From IMG/VR virus record IMGVR_UViG_3300009093_000035, positions 124,001 to 188,000 of that record: a stretch of DNA of 64,000 nt, one strand, 5' to 3'. Shown here piece after piece: positions 55,908 through 64,000 of the stretch. The notes below the pieces were generated by a model. It searched no databases. It was not told where the DNA came from and was given only the letters and a program-made list of their open reading frames with translations. Each line of letters starts with the position of its first letter. Positions within the stretch are counted from its first letter, which is position 1. Both the position numbers and the translations under genes were made by a program.

Positions 55908-58287
55908 GTGCTCCTGCCAGTAGTCGATCGCAGAGAAGCGTGTTGCGGGCGCTCTCCCTCTCGTTGTTGACCGCTCGAATCAGAGCCGTCCTCGTCCCAG
56001 CGAGAACGACCTTCTTCTTGGCCCGAGTGACGGCCGTGTAGAGAAGGTTCCGCTGGAGCTGATGGGCGAAGGAATCCACCACGGGCATGATGATCACGTC
56101 GTACTCTTGTCCCTGGGACTTGTGTACGGTGATGGCGTACGCCAGTCGCAAGATCAACGGTACCTTCGCGAAAGGAACCTTGATGTGGAGGACCGGCGGA
56201 CCGTGGATCTTGATCTCGACCTCTTTCGCCTTTCGGTCGATCGTGACGACCTTCCCGACGTCTCCGTTGAAGACGCTGAGCTTGTAGTCGTTCCGGACGA
56301 CCATGATCCGGTCGTCCTCGCGGATGATCTCGGATCCGATCTTCATCTCGCGAAGAGACGGCTGCTTCGGGTTGAGTAGCTCCCGAAGGCGAGAGTTCAA
56401 CGTCGTAACTCCCACCGGACCGGAATGCCGAGGGGAAAGGACCTGGAAGGTGGTCGGGGCGAGGCCCGAACGAGAGGCGACCTGTGAGGCGGCGAAGAGC
56501 TTCTCGGCCGCCTTCACGATCAGCTCGGCGACCTGGTCTTCATCCCTCATCTCCATCAGAGCGAAGTCGGTCCCTCTCGGAGCTTCGGGGACCTCGCCGC
56601 GATGGATCGAATGGGCGGCGTGGATGATGGGGGAAGTATCGCTCTGACGGAAGATCTCGGTCAAAGCGACGGTCGGAAAGAGCTTCGAGGCGATCAGGTC
56701 TCGAAGAACGTTCCCGGGCCCCACGGAGGGAAGCTGGGCGGCGTCTCCTACGAAGACCAATCGGGCGTCCTGTCTCGTACAGGTCAAGATCCGATAGAGC
56801 AGGTGCTGATCCACCATCGAGGACTCATCCACGATGACGACCTCGGCGGGGTGGGGGTTGTCGATCGAGTAGCCCCACTCCTCCGCAGCCCCGTCGGTTC
56901 CGGATAGACCGCCCTCGCTGTCCCCCACGATTCCCGCGTAGGTAGAATCGCGGGAAGAGGAGGAGATACCGGCCGACTTGAAGGCTCGGTGGATAGTGGC
57001 AGCCGGAGCCCCCGTAACACTCGCTACGCGCTTCGCGGCGATACCCGTGGGGGCTACGACCAGGAAGGGGATCCCAGCCTCCTGCAGCAAGGTAACCGCC
57101 ATACGGAGGCTGGTGGTTTTACCGGTTCCCGGAAGACCCGAGATTATGGATACCGGCTGACAGACCGCGTTCCTAACGCCGTTGGCCTGCTCCGCCGAAA
57201 GGGAAATGGAGCCCGAAGCCCCGAAGCGCTCCAGAGCGAGATTGACGGCCTCCAGAAGGGTCGAGGCGACCTCGCTCTCCCCCAGGAGGGCCCGGATGTA
57301 GATCGCTTCGATCTCCGGCTTCATCTTCGCGTTCGCCGCGCGTTCCAGGAGGATCTCCGCGGCGTCGTGCTCGATCTTGTACGACCAGGGGTCGTAGATC
57401 GCAGTGAGGCCCTCTCGAACGAAGCGGTCGACGATCAACAAGTCCGCGTCGGCGAGAGTCTTGATAGCTCGGGCGATATCTCGATCTTGGAACTGGGAGT
57501 CGATCGACTTCACCCCGCTCAGCATCTCTCCCGTAGCCGAGTAGAGATGACCGAAACCTCTCCCCGATCGGCAAGAGTAGAGAACAGCCCCCTCGATTCG
57601 AGAGTGGTTCGTCGGGGACGTATCGAGACCAAGACGGATAGCGACCCCGTCAGCATCGTTGAACGTCACCCCATCGATCTGAACCAAGGCCCACGGATTG
57701 ACCGAGAGGACCTCTTGAGCCTTGTCTCCGAAGCGACCCCAGATCTGGCGAATCCTCCCCTGAGGAAGATTGAGGTCGTTCAGGAAGTCCAGAGCGCGGA
57801 AGTGGGCGCGGGCCGCCTGCCATCGACTATGGATGTGGAGAGCGGTGAACTTCGTGAGTCCGGGGATCGCCTCGATCTTCTCCGCGTCCGTGAGAGCCGT
57901 GGCTAGGTCTTCCCCGTAGGCCGCTCGGAGCTTGGCGGCGATCGCCGGGCCCACCCCTTGAGAGACGAGGATCTTCTCGCACGTATCCGCGTCCCAGTCC
58001 TTCTTCATGACCGGAGCGCGGAGAATCCGGAGCTGGCGTCCGTACTGAGGGTGGTTGTCCCACTTCCCCTCGAAGCCGAACCAAGAGCCCACCCCCACCG
58101 ACATCCCGGGGATATCCCCTCGGACCGTTACCACCCCTTCCGAGGCCATGTCCCCGAAGTCTGGTTCCTTCTTTTCCTCGGTTTTGTCGGAGGCAGCCGA
58201 AGCATCCAAGACCATCTTCAGGATGTAGAACGCCTTCGCCTCGTTCTCGAAGATGACGCTGTGTACGCGACCCGAGTAGTAGTTCAT
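55891..58287 (-). CDS. recD2: RecD2-like SF1B helicase
   Basis: HPQYGRQ, NPW, GLPGTGKTT, APTGIAAKR, VDESSM, GDAAQLPSVGPG, AITVHKSQGQEY, LYTAVTRAK. Confidence 0.95.
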   Translation of the reverse strand: MNYYSGRVHSVIFENEAKAFYILKMVLDASAASDKTEEKKEPDFGDMASEGVVTVRGDIPGMSVGVGSWFGFEGKWDNHPQYGRQLRILRAPVMKKDWDADTCEKILVSQGVGPAIAAKLRAAYGEDLATALTDAEKIEAIPGLTKFTALHIHSRWQAARAHFRALDFLNDLNLPQGRIRQIWGRFGDKAQEVLSVNPWALVQIDGVTFNDADGVAIRLGLDTSPTNHSRIEGAVLYSCRSGRGFGHLYSATGEMLSGVKSIDSQFQDRDIARAIKTLADADLLIVDRFVREGLTAIYDPWSYKIEHDAAEILLERAANAKMKPEIEAIYIRALLGESEVASTLLEAVNLALERFGASGSISLSAEQANGVRNAVCQPVSIISGLPGTGKTTSLRMAVTLLQEAGIPFLVVAPTGIAAKRVASVTGAPAATIHRAFKSAGISSSSRDSTYAGIVGDSEGGLSGTDGAAEEWGYSIDNPHPAEVVIVDESSMVDQHLLYRILTCTRQDARLVFVGDAAQLPSVGPGNVLRDLIASKLFPTVALTEIFRQSDTSPIIHAAHSIHRGEVPEAPRGTDFALMEMRDEDQVAELIVKAAEKLFAASQVASRSGLAPTTFQVLSPRHSGPVGVTTLNSRLRELLNPKQPSLREMKIGSEIIREDDRIMVVRNDYKLSVFNGDVGKVVTIDRKAKEVEIKIHGPPVLHIKVPFAKVPLILRLAYAITVHKSQGQEYDVIIMPVVDSFAHQLQRNLLYTAVTRAKKKVVLAGTRTALIRAVNNERESARNTLLCDRLLAGAHGDEG

Positions 58288-58769
58288 CGGCGAGGGTTCT
58301 TGAGCTTGTTCAAGGTTTCGATGAGTCCGATCAGGTCCTTCGAGAGGTCGTCCGGAGAGAGGGGACCCTTCAGATCGAGCTTCGAAGGCATCACGAAGAA
58401 CTTGCATCGGTGACCCACGAGGTATTCGAGAGGAGGGAAGTTCAGTCCGGGGATCTCCCACCAAGAACCCTTCTTCCGAAGGACGCCTGTACCATACATA
58501 CAGAGCAAGCTCTTCCAGGGATCGATGTGGTGTCCGTACCCGCAAACCCCCGAAGATTGAAGGGCGCAAGATCCAAACCCCCAAACATCTCTCTTCCAGG
58601 TAGGTCCCGTAGGCCCCATATCTGGAAGATGAGCGATCAGGGCATACACCTCTTGACCCTCAAACACGGAGAAATCGAGGGTCTCGGCCTGACCGTCTTT
58701 CTCACAAAGCAAGAGGGCCCCGTCCGTGAAGACGAGACCCTCTGACACGATGTTAGGAATCGAACTCAC
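58284..58769 (-). CDS. Hypothetical protein
   Basis: 161 aa, ATGA-coupled to recD2. Confidence 0.6.
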   Translation of the reverse strand: MSSIPNIVSEGLVFTDGALLLCEKDGQAETLDFSVFEGQEVYALIAHLPDMGPTGPTWKRDVWGFGSCALQSSGVCGYGHHIDPWKSLLCMYGTGVLRKKGSWWEIPGLNFPPLEYLVGHRCKFFVMPSKLDLKGPLSPDDLSKDLIGLIETLNKLKNPRR

Positions 58770-58803
58770 GATTCCTTGTTACGCTTCTGAAAGGAAAAGG
58801 GAA

Positions 58804-60732
58804 TCAGATCTCGCAGGCACCGCCTACACAAGCGGCTTCCTGGGCTCCATTCCCCTCGTCCATCGTCTCGTAGAACGAGAGTTCGTTGAAGTGAACCGCG
58901 GGCATCGAGGCCACGGCCTCATTGTACTGATCCTCGGTCAGCTCCACGTACGGAGCGAGCTTGTAGAGGCCGCCGTCGTGGGGAAGGAAAGAGAGACCGG
59001 TGACGGAGTCGAAGTGGTTCCAGAGCCACTCCCCGACCGGACCCCACTCCTCGTCGCGGACGTAGATCGTAGCCGACTGGTTGTGGCCCTTGTCGCCACA
59101 CCAGGTCTCCATGATCTTCAGATAGCGTTCGAGCTGGTCGAGCGCCTTCTCGTCGTGGCGGGTCATCGCCCCTTCCGGAGCGCGGACGGGGAACCGAGCG
59201 ACCCAGACGTCCACGTCCTTGTCTTCGAGGTGCTCCTGGCCGTTCTCCTTGAAGACCGGGACGCCGAAGTCGCGGATCAGGCGGAAGAGCGGATCCTTCG
59301 CCGAGATCCGGACGTGACGGAAGTAGAACTTCGCGTAGCGGGGGTGGAAGCCCGAAGCGCAGTCCACGAACTGAGAGGAGTTCCCCGAGGGCTTCCCGCA
59401 GGTCACCGCTGCCGGACGATTGATCCCGATCTGATCGGCCGCGAGGATCGCCGTCGAACGCGCGATCGCGTTGAGGTAGGTCATCGAGTCCTTGTCCCCG
59501 GAGAGAGCCGGGTTGTCGCACTGACCCGTGATGTCCACTCCGAGAAGACGGTCCTCGTCGCAGAGTTCGGCCCAAGCCGGACGCAGGTACGGGAAGTGGG
59601 TGTAGCTGGACTGGACCGACCCGATCCAGGTCGCGATCCGGATCTTCTCCGCCATCGTCTCGACCGTGTCGTGGGAGCGCATCACCGCCGCCGTGAGGTT
59701 GCAGAACTGACCGCCGCCGCCCTCGCCTGTCCACGGGTCGAGCGCGCGCTTGAAGCGGAGGAGGATCTCCCCACACGGATTCGAGCGGAACTCGCCGCCA
59801 CGCTTCAGGCGCTTCTCGGGACCCGTGATGTAGAACCCGCGCTCCCCCGAGCCCGACTTCGCGAGCGCGTTCCACTCGCGATCGAAGACCTCGCGCGTCG
59901 GCTTCTCTTCGAAGACTGCCGAGTTGTTCGCCATGTAGCGAATCGTCGGGAACTGGCCGAGGCTCCAGTCCTTCGCCTGACGCATCTCCGTGTCGTCCGG
60001 ATCCGAGAACGAGATCAGAGAGGCGCGGCGGAACCCGCCGACCATGACGATCTCCGCGATCATGCACATGATGTCGTGGGCCTCGACGGACTTCAGCCCG
60101 CGGCCGACCGCCCCGCGAATCGTCTCGCGTGAGAAGTCCAGAACGCGCTTCAACGGCTCCGGACCCGAAGCCCGCCCGCCCTTCGTCTTCAGCCGAGCGC
60201 CCTTCGGACGGATCCGATCGTAGTGGAACGTCACGTCGTCACCGCGATGGAAGGCGGTGATGCCGAAGAAGACCGCGTCCGCCCAGCCCTCGGTCGAGTC
60301 CTGGATGACGTAGTCGACGCTGTTCCCTGTCGACTCGGAGATCTTCGGGAGGTTGTCCACGAACGTTCGCTCGACCGAGAATCCGACGCCCGTGCCCTGC
60401 ATCAGGATGTAGAGGGCCTCGGAGAACGCCTTCAGGTTGTCCACCGGAAGGAAGGAGCAGTTGTAGCCGCACGTGTTGTCGCGAGTCATCGCGTCGCCCG
60501 CACACCAGAGCGAACGCATCGACGGCATCACGTCGAGATTCAGGATCGCGTCGTAGGCCTTCTGCTGAAGGTCGTTCGGGACGTTCTTCCCGCGGAAGAT
60601 GAAGTTGACGTAGCGTGACACCGTCTCCGGCCACGACTCCCTACGTCTCTCTTCCTCCAGCCACCTACTGTAGGTGCGCGTGTAGACGAACTCACTCAGT
60701 AGATTCGGGAAAGAGAAACCCGCTTCGAGCAT
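58804..60732 (-). CDS. nrdJ: Class II (adenosylcobalamin) ribonucleotide reductase
   Basis: RTYSR, PSMRSLW, YNCSF, VGGFRRAS, NPCGEI, CNL, KPSG, C-terminal CVGGACEI. Confidence 0.93.
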   Translation of the reverse strand: MLEAGFSFPNLLSEFVYTRTYSRWLEEERRRESWPETVSRYVNFIFRGKNVPNDLQQKAYDAILNLDVMPSMRSLWCAGDAMTRDNTCGYNCSFLPVDNLKAFSEALYILMQGTGVGFSVERTFVDNLPKISESTGNSVDYVIQDSTEGWADAVFFGITAFHRGDDVTFHYDRIRPKGARLKTKGGRASGPEPLKRVLDFSRETIRGAVGRGLKSVEAHDIMCMIAEIVMVGGFRRASLISFSDPDDTEMRQAKDWSLGQFPTIRYMANNSAVFEEKPTREVFDREWNALAKSGSGERGFYITGPEKRLKRGGEFRSNPCGEILLRFKRALDPWTGEGGGGQFCNLTAAVMRSHDTVETMAEKIRIATWIGSVQSSYTHFPYLRPAWAELCDEDRLLGVDITGQCDNPALSGDKDSMTYLNAIARSTAILAADQIGINRPAAVTCGKPSGNSSQFVDCASGFHPRYAKFYFRHVRISAKDPLFRLIRDFGVPVFKENGQEHLEDKDVDVWVARFPVRAPEGAMTRHDEKALDQLERYLKIMETWCGDKGHNQSATIYVRDEEWGPVGEWLWNHFDSVTGLSFLPHDGGLYKLAPYVELTEDQYNEAVASMPAVHFNELSFYETMDEGNGAQEAACVGGACEI

Positions 60733-60758
60733 GTGTCAACCCCGTGGTTTGAAGAACG

Positions 60759-60792
60759 AAAAAAAGGGACGAGTCTGGGGATCCCGTCCTTC
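60759..60792 (-). terminator. Terminator-like hairpin in the nrdJ leader
   Basis: AGGACG-N13-CGTCCC followed by T7, about 26 nt before the nrdJ ATG. Confidence 0.65.
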
Positions 60793-60893
60793 TTGAGAAT
60801 CAAGAGGCAGGTCCTCAGTCTACCAACTCCACACTCATCGAATGGAGGCGAAGTAGGTAAAGACCGAGGCACATTTACCAAGAAACCGAGACA

Positions 60894-61847
60894 TCACCCC
60901 GCCAGCAGATTCAGCAACGCGGACTCTAGGTACGAGAAGGGGGAGATGGAACCCTGGAACACGAGTGTCTGAGATTCCGCTACGACACGAATCAACTTCG
61001 CACACCCGGATACCTTCCACTGAAGAGCGCACGGGAGAATCTTGTTCTCCCAGTACCAGGGATTCGCCCCCACACTTCTCGCCGCCGACTCGGGAGACAT
61101 CTTCAGTTCGGAGAGGTGTGCTGCCTGTAGCCATCGAGTCAGCGCCGGGGTTAGAACCCTACCGCACAACTCGATCGTTGAGTCACCACCGCGAGAATTT
61201 TTGTACTTGGTCATCTCCAACACGAAACGGCGACGATCTCTTGATCCGAGCGCGTCCGCGATCGCGTTCCCGTCCGTCTCGGCGATTGGTGCCATCGTCT
61301 CTCGAAGATGAGCCGCTGTGATCGTCGCGGCGGAGCCCGCGAGTAGACTCGCCTTCTGGACTTCGAAGGAGATCATGCCCAGGTCGATCCCGACTCTCTT
61401 CACCAGGGAGAGCGCGAGGTCGAAGTCCAGAGGGTTCCCTCGGGTCCGAGCTTCACTCACGGCGAAGTTCGCCGCGTACTCGTCCATCTTGTAGAAGGCA
61501 GGGAGGGTGAAGATCTTCGTCTTCGCCTTCGGCACGAGATCGAAGACCGGGCCGGAAGGCTTGTCTTCCTCCGAGACGAGAAGGAAAGTGATCGAGGGGT
61601 CTTCGGACGCGATGTGCTGGGTGAGCGTAGGTAGCGGGAGCTTCTCCGGACTCCTCACCACCACTAGGTTCTGAGAGGTGAACATCACCGACATGGAGAA
61701 CACGGTCTCCAAGGCATCCTTGTCGCCCCCCTCTATCTCGGTGACCGCCCATCCCTCCGAGGCGCGAGTTGAGCTGATCTTCGAGATCAGTCTTCGCCTC
61801 TGGTACTCGTCGGACCCAGCCACCAGCAATACAGGTTCGGCTTTCAC
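60894..61847 (-). CDS. holA: DNA polymerase III delta subunit
   Basis: PVLLVAGSDEY, SVMFTSQNLVVV, LVKRVGIDLGMISFEVQK, IT..HL, YLESALL terminus. Confidence 0.8.
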   Translation of the reverse strand: MKAEPVLLVAGSDEYQRRRLISKISSTRASEGWAVTEIEGGDKDALETVFSMSVMFTSQNLVVVRSPEKLPLPTLTQHIASEDPSITFLLVSEEDKPSGPVFDLVPKAKTKIFTLPAFYKMDEYAANFAVSEARTRGNPLDFDLALSLVKRVGIDLGMISFEVQKASLLAGSAATITAAHLRETMAPIAETDGNAIADALGSRDRRRFVLEMTKYKNSRGGDSTIELCGRVLTPALTRWLQAAHLSELKMSPESAARSVGANPWYWENKILPCALQWKVSGCAKLIRVVAESQTLVFQGSISPFSYLESALLNLLAG

Positions 61848-62476
61848 TAGACCCCCACCAAGAAAGCCGCGAGGACTCGGGCCGGGGTAAGGGCCGTCCG
61901 CCGCGTGTGTAGATCACGTACGGAGCCCCAGAGAGCTAGGAGGTCGTTCCGTAGGTTCGGATCCGAAAGACCCTCCTGGATGGCTTCTACGAGCGCGAGG
62001 AGCACAAACTCCTCGTCCCCCTTCGACTCCTTCAGCTCGGAGACGATCTCGGACCAGTTCTTCCCCAGGTAGGCCTTCAGGAGCCGGTCGGCCTGGGTAC
62101 GGCTAAGCGAGACCCGCTCGTCCACCCCCGGAACGAACGTGTGGAGGGTCCGAGACCGAAGAGTGGGGATCACCCCACCGAAGTCCCACGCCCAGAGGAA
62201 GGGTCGAATCTTCCCCGGTACGAACTCCTCGATCGTCTTGAGAAGGACGTCCCCCACCTCGGGAGTGATCTCGTCCAGAGGACCGACCACTACACCCCAA
62301 GGCTTCTCTCCGATCGGAGTCTGACTCAGAAGAGACACCAACTCTCGGGCGTCCCCCTTCTTCATAGCCTCCCCAGAAGTACCGAAAGGAAGAACTAGCC
62401 CATATTCCTTGGCCTCATTCTTCGCTGCGGCTTCTGACCCCGGGCCGTGATAGAGTGATACGGATCCGATCTCCAT
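61847..62476 (-). CDS. Truncated DNA polymerase III delta-prime-like subunit
   Basis: LYHGPG, DVLLKTIEE, VIPTLRSR. Confidence 0.7.
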   Translation of the reverse strand: MEIGSVSLYHGPGSEAAAKNEAKEYGLVLPFGTSGEAMKKGDARELVSLLSQTPIGEKPWGVVVGPLDEITPEVGDVLLKTIEEFVPGKIRPFLWAWDFGGVIPTLRSRTLHTFVPGVDERVSLSRTQADRLLKAYLGKNWSEIVSELKESKGDEEFVLLALVEAIQEGLSDPNLRNDLLALWGSVRDLHTRRTALTPARVLAAFLVGV

Positions 62477-62495
62477 GAGAACGGAACCTTACGCC

Positions 62496-64000
62496 CTAGA
62501 GCTTACCTTTCGACTCCAACGCCTGGTACACAGTCGGGTAGTTGGTCTTCATCTCCCCTCGACCAATACCACCAAGGTACGAAGCGACCTGCTGAAAGCT
62601 TCTACCGTCCTCGACCATTTCCATGGCCTTGTCTTCCTGGTCTCGACGGAAGGAATCGAGCTTCCCCTTAGCACCGGCTTGCCTCGACGACTCCCAGACC
62701 CTCGTCCCCAGGCCGCTGCTGTTCAGGGTGGCGACCTCGATCTTCACCCCGTTCTTCGAAAGCTTGTAGTTGGCGCGAAACCCGCCGTGTTCCACGTTGG
62801 CGTGGTCCATCTTCCAACCGGCCTTCTCCAAGGCGTCGGTCACGTCGGTGTCGTTCTTCTTCTTCGAGGTCCAGGCCAAGGCCCCCGCGACCGGAGGAGT
62901 GAGACGGATCCCCGCCTTCTTCAGATCCGCTACGAAGGCCGGAACATCGGCCGCCTCCTTCAAGACCGGAAGAAGCGTCGACCGGAGTTCAGGCTTCGAG
63001 TGAGCGAGACGAATCAGTTGGGAGCGGAGGGCCATACGAGGTTGAGTTGATAGGCTTCCTACTTTCGTAGGTTCCCACTTCACCGTCCCGCGAGTCTTCT
63101 CCAAGGCATCCTGATACTCCTGATCGGAGGGTTCCTTCTTGGTCATCCGGGCGGGCTTGAAGGTTTCGAACACGCGGAGGTTCGAGGCTGGGATACGACC
63201 TTCGTAGGCGACCGTCCCCTTCGCTCGAAGGGTCGAGAGCATCTTCTGTTCGAACTTCCGGGCGATCTCGTCCGCGTTCGGCTTACCCCTCCAGTTCCCC
63301 TTGAAGTGAACATCCTGTTGATCGGAGGGCATCTCTGGCATGACGCTACTCAGCCATCCGCCGTTGTCTTCGTCGAGACGAAACTTCGTGAAGTCGTTCA
63401 CCTCGACTTCGAGGACTACGGCGATCGACCTATCGATCGAAGCCGCCCGCGCCGCGTACTTCTCGGCTTCGGAGACCTTCGTGGTCAGATAGACCATGCG
63501 ATCCGAATAGCCCTTGATCACGTCGTTGGAGTAGGCGTCCTCATCAATCCCTGTAGGACTCCCGGGACGCAGACCCTTGATCTTGATCACCTTCCAACGG
63601 ACCGCCGACGTTCCGTGATACATCTTCACGGAACCGAAGCTCTTCGAGGAGACCTCGTCGACCGTGTCGACTTCGCTCGACCCGAGGATCTCTCCGACTG
63701 TCTTGTTCCTCCAGACAGGAGACTTGAAGATCCGGTAATCGCTCTGGACGAACCCGCCCTGTAGGAGCGCCTTCAGAATCTTCCGAACCTTCCGAGGATC
63801 GTCCTCCAGCTCTGTGTCGGCGTGAGGGTACGCGTACGAGCCGTTCCCCTTGATCGCGGGATACCGAGACTGGGTCTTCGACTCAAACGGGCTGAGGTCG
63901 AGCGTTCCCGTGCTCGGGTCTACTCCGATGATCGGAGAGTAGTAGAACTTGTCGTCCTCTCGATACGAGAGACGGGCGCTGACGCCAGTTAGAAAGAGAA
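62496..64000 (-). CDS. Multi-module protein starting beyond the window: ADP-ribosyltransferase-like domain, internal LRSQLIRLAHSKPELR tag, C-terminal module
   Basis: Frame is open from 63998 with no stop. MYHGTS..GLRP..VYLT..AEKYA..VLEV..IP resembles H-type ART/Tpt1-like folds. Internal ATG at 63035 begins the tag. Confidence 0.75.
   Translation of the reverse strand, partial: LFLTGVSARLSYREDDKFYYSPIIGVDPSTGTLDLSPFESKTQSRYPAIKGNGSYAYPHADTELEDDPRKVRKILKALLQGGFVQSDYRIFKSPVWRNKTVGEILGSSEVDTVDEVSSKSFGSVKMYHGTSAVRWKVIKIKGLRPGSPTGIDEDAYSNDVIKGYSDRMVYLTTKVSEAEKYAARAASIDRSIAVVLEVEVNDFTKFRLDEDNGGWLSSVMPEMPSDQQDVHFKGNWRGKPNADEIARKFEQKMLSTLRAKGTVAYEGRIPASNLRVFETFKPARMTKKEPSDQEYQDALEKTRGTVKWEPTKVGSLSTQPRMALRSQLIRLAHSKPELRSTLLPVLKEAADVPAFVADLKKAGIRLTPPVAGALAWTSKKKNDTDVTDALEKAGWKMDHANVEHGGFRANYKLSKNGVKIEVATLNSSGLGTRVWESSRQAGAKGKLDSFRRDQEDKAMEMVEDGRSFQQVASYLGGIGRGEMKTNYPTVYQALESKGKL
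63050..63063 (-). promoter_or_regulatory. Intragenic putative late promoter AGT-N7-CTAT
   Basis: 14 nt upstream of the internal tag ATG at 63035. Confidence 0.45.

Noticed and set aside
35551-60132. Long plus-strand ORFs such as 35551..37077, 46192..47406, 51787..53319, 53700..55094 and 58726..60132
   Set aside because: Antisense shadows of well-supported minus-strand genes in GC-rich DNA, with no recognisable motifs.
60733-60893. Cobalamin riboswitch upstream of nrdJ
   Set aside because: The conserved B12-box and GGGAA elements are not evident; kept only as an unclassified structured leader.
63630-64000. Separate gene or frameshift upstream of the ART-like ORF
   Set aside because: Manual translation shows the same frame open to the window edge.

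Overview
This window is a segment of a large, GC-rich tailed dsDNA phage genome (probably jumbo-sized), transcribed almost entirely on the minus strand. From right to left it holds four blocks. (1) A replication/recombination block at about 41-62 kb: class II NrdJ, a bacterial-type clamp loader (DnaX, HolA, HolB-like) and beta clamp, primase, RecA, RecD2, RuvC-like resolvase, SSB-like protein, Mre11/SbcD and a Rad50/SbcC split into two genes. (2) Two transcription factors: a NusG paralogue and a protein made of two sigma-region-4 domains. (3) A head block at about 19-40 kb: TerL, portal, an unusual HAD-phosphatase/topoisomerase IB fusion, prohead protease, scaffold and a Bxz1-like major capsid protein. 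(4) An accessory region at about 0-19 kb with small ORFs, fibre/depolymerase-like genes and a NAMPT / CinA-adenylyltransferase / Nudix NAD-salvage cluster. The most striking unexplained signal is a ~25-aa peptide tag, LRSxxIRLAH(E/S)KPELRxxLLP(L/V)L, ending in a (K/R)-x-(A/G) motif. It sits on four otherwise unrelated proteins spread over 62 kb. Three of the four tag starts lie 14-16 nt downstream of a shared GNT-N7-YTAT motif that also precedes virion genes. I infer a portable capsid-loading and protease-release system for injected cargo. Other notable items are a second shared N-terminal anchor on two late genes, a GGCGTAA promoter-like motif before small ORFs, an in-frame TGA at the SGNH GxND glycine, and a structured, terminator-containing leader on nrdJ. 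All protein calls rest on motif recognition by eye; no database searches were run.
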